Position numbers and translations under genes: made by a program | Part shown: one piece after another, positions 12,585 to 24,057 of the stretch | Numbering within the stretch: the first letter of the stretch is position 1 | Layout of the letters: every line of letters begins with the position of its first letter | Origin: Squalus acanthias | Taxonomy: Eukaryota | Assembly: GCA_030390025.1 (NCBI GenBank) | Contig: CM059441.1 | Span: 40,486,001 to 40,550,000 of the forward strand | Length of the DNA: 64,000 nt | Direction: 5' to 3' | The notes under the pieces: model-generated | What the model was told of the DNA's origin: nothing | The model's input: the letters and a program-made list of their open reading frames with translations, nothing else | The model's database searches: none

Positions 12585-12870
12585 GGTGCTGCAATTGGCC
12601 TCCGCACCTGCGCTAAAGAGAGGAAACTGTCAGCCAGGGTTCCTGCTCCTGATCGCTATCCAGAGACTCCTCCTGGAGAGTGTAGTGTGCATGACCATTG
12701 AGTAAGGGCAGGATCTGGTGGGGCATGTGATGCCTTATGTGATTGAATAGCCTGCCGGCCTTTATTGCCAAAGCTGGCACATGAAGCGCAGTCACTTGGG
12801 CAAGGTGCCAGCTGCAACCCATGGCACTGTACCCCAAGCAGAGTCAACGCCTTCAGGGAAGGAGTGAGGA
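12585..12870 (+). mobile_element. LF-SINE-like body upstream of APOBEC2
   Basis: caattggcctc...agccagggttcctgctcctgatcgctatccag...gaatagcctgcc...cacatgaag...cacttgggcaagg...gagtcaacgccttcagg matches the recalled LF-SINE body. Confidence 0.7.
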
Positions 12871-13103
12871 AATGAAAGGAAAGATTTGTTGTAAAGAGGA
12901 CCGTTCATTAAAAAACATAAACTTAATAAGAAACTAACTTAAATATTTGCTACATTAACTTAAGTTTTTCTTTTTCTTTTTTGGTAAAAGATTCAAACGA
13001 AGGTTAAAGAAGAAGTAAAGGATGAAGGGAAGGAACAAATGTGTTGGGAAGAAAGCATTGTGAATCCAGCTTGGAAAATGTGAGGATTAGGGAGAGCTGC
13101 CTG

Positions 13104-13185
13104 TGATTGACAGGGCCGATGGTGATGACATGGTTGCAGTTTATTTTGGGCTGGAAGACCTCTCCTCCTTCGCTCCCTTATTTAG
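13104..13185 (+). promoter_or_regulatory. Putative APOBEC2 proximal promoter motifs
   Basis: Exact PBX-MEIS/PREP decamer TGATTGACAG at 13104-13113 and an A/T-rich CCTTATTTAG (CArG/MEF2/TATA-like) near 13176-13185, 100-180 bp upstream of the ATG of a muscle-expressed gene. Motif match only. Confidence 0.4.
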
Positions 13186-13284
13186 TGTTTGAGGCAGTAA
13201 TGTGACAGGGACCTGTCGCTTGCTCAGTGCAGAGCTGCCTTCGGTCTGTCCACGTCGCACTGATCTGTCGGGTTTCTGTCCGCA

Positions 13285-13403
13285 ATGGCTGAAAACACCA
13301 AAGAAGATACCAAGAAAGTTGAGAAAGAGGGCGAAGTGGACGGAGAGGCGGTCACAGAGGACGTCGCACTCCCTGATCTGGGGCCTTTTGAAATAATTAT
13401 CGG
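13285..13403 (+). CDS. APOBEC2: APOBEC2 coding exon 1 (MAENTKEDTKKVEKEGEVDGEAVTEDVALPDLGPFEIII-G)
   Basis: ATG at 13285 (cgcaATGgct). Acidic N-terminus ends LPDLGPFEIIIG, matching the LPPFEIVTG motif at the end of mammalian APOBEC2 exon 1. Phase-2 donor GG|gtgagt at 13403/13404 joins in frame to exon 2. Not shown in the ORF track. Confidence 0.9.
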
Positions 13404-14621
13404 GTGAGTGTCGAACCTCTTTCTATACAGTGATGGCATGTCAGGAAAGAAGGAAACATTAGATAGAAATTTGACAAAAAACGTCTACAGACTGAACAAC
13501 TATTATTAAACATCTGAGCAAAATGAAATGACCAGAGATATCTACATTGCTAGCGCACTGTATAGAGAGAATTCTGACCACAGATCAAGAAGTGTCAGGC
13601 AAGGTTTAATTGTAACAAGAACAGTAGGAAATATCTTTGTCAGAAAGAAAGTGATGCACTGAATTTAAACTGGAGCCCATGTTAAAAACACTGTATTTAA
13701 GTGATATTAGTGAATGGCATTTATTTGTCTGCTGTTTCAGTGCAGGTATTAATCCAGGTAAAATAACCAGGCTAAGGCCTGCGTGAAGCATTCATTCATT
13801 AATATCACCAACAGTTATCTCTAGATTTATATGCCTGTGTGCGGAGTTTCTGAACAGGTTATTATTTGTGTTACAAGTACAGTATTGGGCTGGTTTGACG
13901 AATGCCTGGCACAGAGCCTCACCTGTCGGGAGATCATACCCCAGAACTGGCCAGTCCATGATGGGCACCACACCTGGAGTGTTCTGATGGGGACTGCCGG
14001 CAGGTTGTTGCAGGAACACATATTTAGGAAAACTGGCCCTCAAATAAGTATGTAGGAGTATGTAAGTGCTGTACGTTTGCAAACATGAATGAGGATAAGT
14101 ATGTGTACAGTGTATGATATATAGATATACATGTGCTTGCTACAAAGTAATTAATTCTATCTGAAGCACTTTGAAATGTTTCTGAGAGGTGTGATAAGAC
14201 GCTATATAGATACAAAACTTCTTTCTATGTACACTGTATAATGCAGTTTACATGAAATATATATATATAAAATTTCACCTGCAGACTGCCCATGTGCAAC
14301 TCAATGGATGTTTGACTAGGTATATGTATATATATATATGTACTATAGGGGAATTTCAGTGATCCCACACTCTCAGCCTTGCTTGAAGTAAATGCATGTC
14401 AGAGAATCGGCACTACAATCTAGTAACCCTTTCTGTGACCTGCATTCTCTTGGAGCAAGACTCCTCACTGTGTGCTTAGGAGTTCACATGTGTGTGTGTT
14501 CAGATGTTCAAATAAACCTTTCATGCTAAGAAGGCCTGGTTCTAGTCTATTTCGCCATTTTTCCTGTTATTTATTGAGATTATTCTCTCCTTTAATTGGC
14601 TGCGACAGGGATAGAGCCAGT

Positions 14622-17600
14622 GGGCTAAATTCGATCGCCCCCCCCCCCCCCCCGCGAAAACGGGTGCGGGAATCGCGATTAACCCACACCTGTTGCTTCT
14701 GATGCAGGCAGCACGCCAACTTCGTGCTGCATGCTAATTAATATCATTGGCGTGTGCAGCCAGCGCTGTTGAGTGGCTGCAGGTCTCAGCAGGAGGGCCC
14801 AAAATTGTGAGAGGCTAGCACCACTTAAAGCTGGCCTGCACTACTTAAAGCCAGCCTGCGCTTCTTAAAGGGGAGGTGCATTGTGGCTGGAGCAGGTGGT
14901 GGAAGTCGTTGTGGAACTCATTCTGACGTGGAAAAAGACGTAATAATGGCACAACATGGGAGAGAGTGAACTCTGATTTCCTGACGCTGCACTGGAGGCC
15001 TTGGTGGAGGAGGTGGAAGGAGTAGAGATGTGTTCTATCCACACAGGGCCAGGAGGCCCTCCAGACACATGCTCAGAAGGCAATGGGAGCTGATAGCCAT
15101 GGCGATCAATGCCAGGAGTCAAGCCCCGAGGACTTGGATACAGTGCCATAAGAAGTTAATGGCCTCACATGAGTGGTCAAGGTCAGTGAATGCATCTTCA
15201 AATGCCATATCGTATCAACTACAACATTAGCCTCAGCCACTGCTCAATGCACCACACCCCCAATGCTCACCTACCAACAATCTCTATCAATCAGGACTCA
15301 TACCTAACATTCATAGCTTCATAGAATCATAGAAGCGTAGAAATTTACGACATGGAAGGAGTTCATTCAGCCCATATGAACATAAAAACATGAGAAATAG
15401 GAGCAGGAGTAGGCCATTCAGCCCCTCGAGCCTGCTCCACCATTCAATAAGATCATGGCTGATCTTCTACCTCATCTCCACTTTCCTGCACTATCCTCAT
15501 ATTCCTTGATTCACTTAATATCCAAAAATCTTATCGATCTCTGTCTTGAATATACTCAACGACTGAGCCTCCACAGCCCTCTGGGGTAGAGAATTCCAAA
15601 GATTCACCACCCTCTGAGTGAAGAAATTTCTCCTCATCTCAGTCCAAAATGGCCGACCCCTTATTCTGAGACTGTGACCCCTGGTTCTAGACTCCCCAGC
15701 CAGGGGAAACATCCTCCCTGCATCTACCCTGTCAAGCCCTGTAAGAATTTTGTATGTTTCACCTCTCATTCTTCTAAACTCCAGAGAATATAGGCCTAGT
15801 CTACTCAATCTGTCCTCATAGGACAATCCCCCACATCCCAGGAATCAGTCTGGTGAACCTTTGTTGCACTCCCTCTATAGCAAGTATATCTGAGGCCCAA
15901 GCACTGATCCTTGCGGTACACCACTAGTTACAGCCTGCCAACCCGAAAATGACTTGTTTATTCCTACTCTCTGTTTTCTGTCCGTTAACCAATCCTCAAA
16001 TATGCTAGTATATTACCCCCAATCCCATGAGCCCTAATTTTGTTTAATAACCTCTTGTGTGGTACCTTATCGAATGCCTTCTAAAAATCCAAAAACACCA
16101 CATCCACTGGTTCCCCCTTATCTATTTGCTAGTTACAACCTCAAAAGATTCATCAAACATGATTTCCCTTTTATAAATCCGTATTGACTCTGCCCAATCC
16201 TATTATTATTTTCTAAGTGGCCTGTTACCATGTCCTTAATAATAGGTTCTAGCATTTTCCCTACTACTGATGTCAGGCTAACTGGTCTGTCGTTCCCCGT
16301 TTCTTTCTTCCTGTGTAGATGCTGAGAGGTTGCTTCCCCTGGCTCGAGACTCTAGAACTAGGGGTTATAGTCTCAGGATAAGATGAGGAGGAATTTCTTC
16401 ACTGAGAGGGTTGTGAATCTTTGGAATTCTCTACCCCAAAGGGATGTGGATGCTGAGCCTTTGATTATATTCAAGGCTGTGTTAGATTTTTTGACTCTAG
16501 GGGAATCAAGGGATATGGGGATCAGGCGGGAAAGTGGAGTTGAGATCGAAGATCAGCCATTATCTTATTGCATGGCGGAGCAGGGTTGAAGGGCTGTATG
16601 GCCTACTCCTGCTCCTAATTCTTATGTTCTTATGTTCTAAAATTCTCCAGTCCTGGCAACATACTCGTAAATCTCCTCTGTACCCTCTCTAGTGCAATCA
16701 CATCTTTCCTGTAATGTGGTGACCAGAACTGTAGGCAGTACTTTAGCTGTGGCCTAACTAGTGTTTTATACAGTTCTAGCGTAACCTCCCTAATATTCTA
16801 TGCCTCAGCTAATAAAGGAAAGCATCCCGTATGTCTTCTTAACCACCTTATCTACCTGTCCTGCTACCTTCAGGGATCTGTGGACATGCACTCCAAGGTC
16901 CCTTTGTTCCTCTACTCTCCTCAGTCATTATCATGTATTCCCTTTCCTTGTTAGCCTGCCCCAAATGTAGCACCTCACACTTCTCCGGATTGAATTCCAT
17001 TTGCTACTTTTCTGCCCACCTGACCAGTCCATTGATATCTTCCTGCAGTCGACAGCTTTCTTCCTCACTATCAACCACACGGCCAATTTTTGTATCATCT
17101 GCAAACATCTTAATCATGCCCCCTACATTGATGTATGCCACAAAAAGCAAGGGACCTAGTACTGAGCCCTGCAGAACCCCACTGGAAACATCCTTCCAGT
17201 CACAAAAAACACCCATCGCCCATTACCCTTTGCTTCCTGCCACTGAGCCAGTTTTGGATCACCCTCACACACTTAGCACTGCTGCAAGCTTCACACCCAC
17301 ATCTCACAGCATACACACACTGCCAGCTATTCAATCATGACAGGCACATCACCCAAACAGATTGCACCACACTCACTGACACACTTCCCTCTCTCTTGCA
17401 GGACAAGGTGGCGCAGAACCGGAGGCCGCAGGAGCTAACTGGCGGGGGACAGGCGCGCCTCCATGTCCTTACTCCCACGGAGGAGACGGTGCTCGCCATC
17501 ATTGGAGCAGTCATTGCTGAGGCCGTGGCCAGCGGCGGGGCTAAAACCATAGAAGATGATGGAATCCTCATAACTAATCCTCCTTCTCACATCCCACTTC

Positions 17601-17832
17601 CCCCTCATCCCACAATTTCTTCTGATTTACAGGCTGCAAATGGATGTCATGATCTGCCTACTCAGCATACTTCCGGTGGACGCTCACTGTGCGCACGCTA
17701 AGGCCCTCTCCAATATGGCGTCTGGCACGACTCGCACCAGAGGTGTATGCACGTGCCGTGGATGCCATTTTGGACCTCTAAGGGCACTCGTACCACCCAA
17801 AAAAGGGGCGCCACGGATCCGAATTTTGTGCC
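14622..17832 (+). mobile_element. Harbinger-like element with a spliced Myb/SANT gene remnant, interrupted by CR1 fragments
   Basis: Ends gggctaaattcgatc ... gatccgaattttgtgcc. Exon 14946-15181 (MAQHGRE...ALEALVEEV..., decayed; donor AAG|gtcagt) and exon from 17402 (acceptor ctcttgcag|, DKVAQNRRPQELTGGG). Confidence 0.7.
15320..17260. mobile_element. Cluster of CR1-type LINE fragments (mostly - strand; + strand piece ~16310-16637)
   Basis: ORFs MRRNFFTQRVVNLWNSLP, GVLQGSVLGPLLF, FADDTK; catagaa and ttcttatg tails. Confidence 0.85.
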
Positions 17833-18700
17833 AGAGTGTCTGCAGGTACAGGCCGATACCTGTAGGTGGACAAGATTCAGCTGGAGGGACAGTGAATTTG
17901 CAGAGTGTACTGGATTTACTAATAGAGGCAGGGTTCCACTTTCAGACATTTAAACGAAATCAGGACTTTTTTTTAAAAGGATTATTTCAACGTTTATAAT
18001 AAGGTATGTTTGGTGAGTTACTGTGGAAACCTTGTTTATCTGATGAGTTATGATGTCTGAGTAACTGATGATAAATGAGCTAATTTTTAAGTTGTGAGGG
18101 TCTTTCTTGGTCAGTGAGATAAACATGGAATTCTGTACTATACCCACTGACTGTTCTAATGTATCAGTGGGCGCTGTATTTTCCTACAAAGGAAGCAAAC
18201 AGAGTTTGCCCAATCTCAAAATTTTCAAAATAAGTCCCAAGAGTTTAAATATCGGTCAGTGGTCATTTAGATTTAAGGTTCGGACTCGCCATAACCCCAG
18301 ATTATGATTTTCCTACAGTTATGGAGCTATTTCAGCCCTTTAACCCTGTCACTCGGCACTTGCCCCAGTTGTGTGTTTCACTGTGAAATGTGAATACTGC
18401 GAATCCCAGTGCTGCTGCAGACAAAGACTGACTCAGTGTTCCTCAACCATTTCATATCAATTTTTTCCTCCCATCTTTGTTGGTCTGTCTTGTGCTGATT
18501 GTCCCTCTTTCAATTTGATAAAGCATAAAGGCAAAAGGCAACCCATTACCCAGTGAGGACTTTGCATCTGTCTTCACAAAGGAAGCGGATGATGTGAAGG
18601 TTACACTAAAAGAGGAGAGGGAAGTTATGGACAGGATAGTAATAGATAGAGGACGTACTAAAAGAGTTAGCATTACTGCAAGTTGGTAAGTCACCTGGTC

Positions 18701-21700
18701 ACCCTTGCCATTGGACCAAGACCTTGCTCTCTCAAGCCCGTGTGGTAGCTGGTGTGCAACGGCCACCCCACGTTAAAAGAATTCACACACAGGCATCTTC
18801 CACCCTTTAAAATGAAGTTCGGGACCTGGAACGTCAGGACCCTCATGGACAACCCCAACAGCGACAGACCGGAATGCCGTACTGCTATCGTTGCCCGGGA
18901 GCTCAAACGTTTCGACATAGACATCGCCGCCCTAAGCGAGACCCGGCGGGCAGGGGAAGGCCAGCTCAAGGAGCAAGGCGGTGGCTACACCTTCTTCTGG
19001 AAAGGCAAACCTGAAGAAGAACGCTGCCTCCATGGGGTAGACTTCGCCATAAAAAATGAACTAGTTGGGCATCTCATAGACTCCCCTAGTGGTATAAACG
19101 AGCGCCTCATGACTCTTCGGCTCACCCTAGCCCGGAACTAGTGCGCTACGGTCATCAGTGCGTATGCCCCAACACTGGAAGCCACAGACGAGACCAAAGA
19201 GGAATTCTACTCCAGCCTCGAACAATCCCTGTCCCAAGTCCCAACGGGCGACAAGCTGATCCTCCTTGGAGACTTTAACGCCAGAGTTGGAAAGGACATT
19301 GACCTCTGGGGAGGTGTGATCGGCAGAGAGGGGGTAGGGAAAGCCAACTCCAACGGTACCCTCCTCCTGTCGAAATGCTTAGAACATGGCCTTGTCATAA
19401 CCAACACCTTGTTCCGGCAGAGAGACAAGTACAAGGCTTCATGGCAGCACCCTCGCTCCAAGCACTGGCATCTGCTGGACTACGTCATCATCCGAGTGAG
19501 GGACCGCAAGATCGTCCGCATCACCCGCGCCATGACAGGAGCTGACGACTGCTGGACAGACCGCCTAATCCGCTCTGTCACCTCCATCAACGTAGCCCCA
19601 AAACAGCGGCGGCAACAGAAACAATGCCGCAGGAAAATCAACGCTGGAGCACTCAAAGACCCCGCTAAGAAAGCCCCATTCAGCCTGCGCCTCACAAACA
19701 ACCTGATGACTCCCAGTGATGCAGAGACACAGAGTGTCCACAGCGCCTGGTCTGCACTCAAGGCCTCCATAATCAGCACCTGTGAAGAGACGCTCGGTCA
19801 CTCGACCAGGAAACACCAAGACTGGTTCGATGAGAATGACCAGGAGATCCAGGAGCTAATAAGCCGCAAGCGCAAGGCATTCCTGATCTGGAAACAGCAA
19901 CAGAACTCGAGAGCAAGAAAGCAGCTCTACAGATGCCTGAAGGACGAGGTCCAACAAAAAACTTGCGACCTAAAGAACAGATGGTGGGTGGAGAAAGCGC
20001 AGGAGATCCAGCAGCCAGCCGACAACCACGATGTGCGTGGATTCTTTAGCGCAGTCAAGACCGCCTACGGCCCAAGCACCCAAGGTCCTACCCCACTGCG
20101 GGCCAAGAACAGAGAGGTACTCATCAAGGACAGAGAGGCAGTCAGTGCCCGCTGGAAGGAGCACTTCGAAGATCTCCTTAACCGCGACTCTGTCTTTGAT
20201 GCGAGTGTCCTCAACTCCATCCCGCAGCATGCTACCCGCCACCACCTCAGCACAACCCCAGCCCGGCATGAGGTTGAAAAGGCCATCTGACAACTGAAGA
20301 ACAACAAGGCCTCAGGAGCAGATGGAATCCCCGCCGAGGCGCTAAAGCATGGTGGAGAAGCACTACTGGCGCAAATTCATGAACTCATTTCTCTTATCTA
20401 GAAGGAGGAGAGCATGCCAGGGGATCTCAGAGACACCGTAATCGTGACCATCTTCAAGAAAGGTGACAAGTCCGATTGCGGTAATTACAGAGGAGTTTCC
20501 CTGCTGTCTGCTGCAGGGAAAGTCATCGCAAGAATCCTCCTCAATCGCCTTCTCTCAATGGCCAAAGAGCTCCTCCCAGAGTCGCAATGCGGATTCTGCC
20601 CACTAAGGGGCACAATGGACATGATCTTCACCGCACGTCAATTACAAGAGAAATGCAGGGAACAGCACCAACATGGCCTTCTTTGATCTCACAAAGGCTT
20701 TCGACACTGTCAACCGTGAGGGATTATGGAGTGTCCTCCTCAAATTCGGCTGCCCTCAAAAGTTTGTCACCATCCTCCGCCAGCTTCACGACGACATGCA
20801 AGCCGTGATCCTGACCAATGGTTCCACCACAGACCCAATTCACGTACGAACCGAGGTCAAGCAAGGCTGTGTCATCGCACCAATGCTCTTCTCGATCTTC
20901 CTTGCTGCAATACTCCATCTCACTCTCAGTAAGCTCCCCGCTGGAGTGGAGCAAATTTACAGAACAAACGGGAAACTGTTCAACCTCCATCGCCTCCAGT
21001 CCAGATCCAAGGTCATCCCATCCTCTGTCGTCGAATTACAGTATGCAGACGACGCTTGCGTCTGCGCTCACTCGGAGGTCGAACTCCAAACCATCGTCAA
21101 CACCTTCACCGAAGCGTACGAGAGCATAGGCCTTACACTAAACATCCGTAAGACAAAGGTCCTCTACCAACCTGCCCCCGCCACACAGTACTGCCCCCCG
21201 ATTATCAAAATCCACGACAAGGCCTTGGACAACGTGGACCTCTTTCCATACCTCGGGAGCCTACTGTCAACAAGGGCAGATGTCGACGACGAAGTCCAAC
21301 ACCACCTTCAGTGTGCCAGTGCAGCCTTCGGTCACCTGAGGAACAGAGTGTTTGAAGACCAGGACCTCAAACCCGGCACTAAGCTCATAGTCTACAGAGC
21401 AGCAGTGATACCCGCCCTGCTGTATGCCTCAGAGACATGGACCATGTACAGCAGGCACCTCAAAGCACTGGAGAGGTACCACCAACGCTGCCTTCGCAAG
21501 ATCCTGCAAATCCATTGGCAGGATAGGCGCACCAACGTCAGTGTTCTTGCTCAGGCCAACATCCCCAGCATCGAAGCTTTGACCACGCTCGATCAGCTCC
21601 GATGGACGGGTCACATTGTCCGCATGCCTGATACGAGACTCCCAAAACAAGCGCTCTACTTGGAGCTCCGGCACTGCAAGAGAGCCCCAGGTGGGCAGAG

Positions 21701-22035
21701 GAAACGCTTCAAGGACACCCTCAAAGCCTCCTTGAAAAAGTGTAACATCCCCACCGACACCTGGGAATCCCTGGCCCAAGACCGCACAAAGTGGAGGAGA
21801 AGCATCCGGGAAGGCGCCAAGCACCTCGAGTCTCTTCGCCGGGAGCAAGCGGAGGCAGTGCAAGGAGCGCACGTCAACCCAAGCACCCCACCCACCCGTC
21901 CCTTCAACCACCGTCTGCCCCACCTGTAACAGAGACTGTAGGTCCCGCATTGGGCTCATCAGTCACCTGAGAACTCATTTTTAATGTGGAAGCAAGTCAT
22001 CCTCGGTTCCGAGGGACTGCCTAAGAAGAAGTAAG
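18701..22035 (+). mobile_element. Near full-length RTE-clade LINE (single APE-RT ORF, disrupted) in APOBEC2 intron 1
   Basis: MKFGTWNVRTL endonuclease start, GDFNARVG, GNYRGVSLLS, QGCVIAP, LQYADDA, C-terminal CPTC..C...HLRTH; (aag)n tail; several stops and frameshifts; flanked by a 98-bp duplication. Confidence 0.92.
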
Positions 22036-22319
22036 ACACTAAAAGAGGAGAGGGAAGTTATGGACAGGATAGTAATAGATAGAGGACGTACTAAAAGAGT
22101 TAGCATTACTGAAAGTTGGTAAGTCACCTCGTCCGGATGGAATGCATTCTAGGTTGCTGAAAGAAGCAAAGGTAGAAATAACGGAGGCATTAGCACAATC
22201 TTTCAATTAGCATTGAATACAGGAGTAGTGCCGGAGGACTGGAGGGTTGCTAATGTTATACCACTATTCAAGAAAGGGGAAAGGGATAAACTAGGAAACT
22301 ACAGGCCAGTTAGTCTTAT

Positions 22320-22575
22320 TACCATCTCGTCTCGCCTTGAGCATCTCTTAATGTCTCTACTCCTCACAGACCTCCCCTTTTGTTCTTTTATTCCCTCCCC
22401 CAGCCTCCAACTTCATCTGTTTCATTTCCTGCTTTTTTCTCAGTTCTGACGAAAGGTCTTCGACCTGAAACGTTAACTCTGTTTCTCTCTCCACGGATGT
22501 TGCCTGGCCTGCTGAGTTTTTCCAGCGCTTTCTGTTGTTATTTCAGTTTTCCAGCATCCGCAGTATTTTGCTATT
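22320..22575 (+). mobile_element. Penelope-like terminal repeat fragment with minimal hammerhead motif
   Basis: cagttCTGACGAaaggtcttcgacctGAAACGTTaact (22441-22478), then gatgttgcctggcctgctgag..tccagc, homologous to the 3' end of the PLE at 58259. Confidence 0.75.
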
Positions 22576-24057
22576 GTATGGGTTACTTGGGTTTATAAAT
22601 AGAGGAATAGAATATAAAAGCAAAGAGATCATGCTAGAACTTTATAAATCACTGGTTAGGCCTCAGCTGGAGTATTGTGGACAATTCTGGGCACCACACT
22701 TCAGGAAAGATGTAAAGGCCTTAGAAAGGGTACAGAGGAGGTTTACCAGAATGTTACCAGGAACGAGGGACTTCAGTTATGCAGAATGGTTGGAAAAGTT
22801 AGGACTGTTCTTCTTGGAACAGAGAAGGTTAAGAGGTGACCTAATAGAGGTTTTCAAGATGATGAGAGGTTTTGATAGAGTAGAGAGAGAAAAACTATTC
22901 CTTCTGGCGGGTGGGTTAATAACCAGAGGTCACAGCTTCAAAATCATTGGCAAAAGATCTAGAGGGGAGATGAGGAGAATTTTTTTCACTCAGAGTTGTC
23001 GGGATCTGGAACGCTCTACCTGAAAATATGGTGGAAGCTGATTCCAGAAATAATTTAAAAAGGGAGTTAGACAGCTGCTCGAGGATAAGGAACTTACAGG
23101 GTCACGGACAAAAAGCGGGGTCATGGCCTCCTTCTGTGCTGTAACATTCTATGATTCTATTACTGGGTCTCTGCAGTGTTGCTTGAGGCTGGTATTCTGA
23201 AAGGTTGGGATCAAATGGGCCAAAAGGTCTCCTTCCTCTGAATCGGACTTGTGTGTGCGAGAACAGTCCAGGCAGATTCCCCCCTTAACTCTGCCTTGCC
23301 TCCCTGTGCTGGGTTGCTGGGTAAGTGGTGATGGAAGATAACAGTGCCGATTCTCTGATGACTTTTCCTGCCAGCACAGCTGAGATAAGGAGAGTTAAAA
23401 ATAAGTCTGAAATTCCATTCATTCAGATGCCGCTGAAAGTACAGAACAATGTGTCACAGGCTTCACAGGAGAGTGTGGTTTGGGGGAGAGTGAAGATTGA
23501 GAGAAGCAGAACCTCAGTTGTGAGCTTCAGATGACACCAGAATTGGTGGGGCACATTACATACGGCTTGTTAATGTTAGCTGAACTGTGATATAGAACAG
23601 AGTCTTCAACCTTAGAGTGCTGTTTTATTGCTCATGATATATAATCAGAGGATTAACTTCCTTATTAAACTGGTTTAATTACTGTCACAATACAGCGTAG
23701 GCACTCTGACAGCATATTGTGGGAATTTTTTATGACTTATAAAGAAAAAACTTCAATTATATAGACGTTTTATCAGTTCTCAGAAATATCTCAAAATGCT
23801 TCACACACAATGAATTGTACTGAAGTGTACTGACTTTTATGTAAGCAGTCATTTTTGTCGACAGCCATCTTATACACAGCAATGTCTCATAATCAGCAAT
23901 GAGACATGTGACTGGTTGATCTGTTTTCGGTGGTGTTGGTTGAAAGATGAACGTTGGCCAGGTTTTTCTTTCATTATTGCCCTGGGATCTTTAGCTGCAG
24001 TGTAGTTAGTGTCACTTTTGCCTCTGAGTCAGAGTTTTTGGGTTCAGAAGATTGTGG

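Larger units (their letters stand above)
18552..23160 (+). mobile_element. CR1 LINE fragment split by the RTE (18701-22035) and a Penelope terminal repeat (~22320-22575)
   Basis: FASVFT at ~18560 continues after the RTE as KSP.PDG...VPEDWRVANVIPLFKKG, then RPQLEYCGQFWAPHF; tail attctatgattctat at ~23146-23160. Confidence 0.85.
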
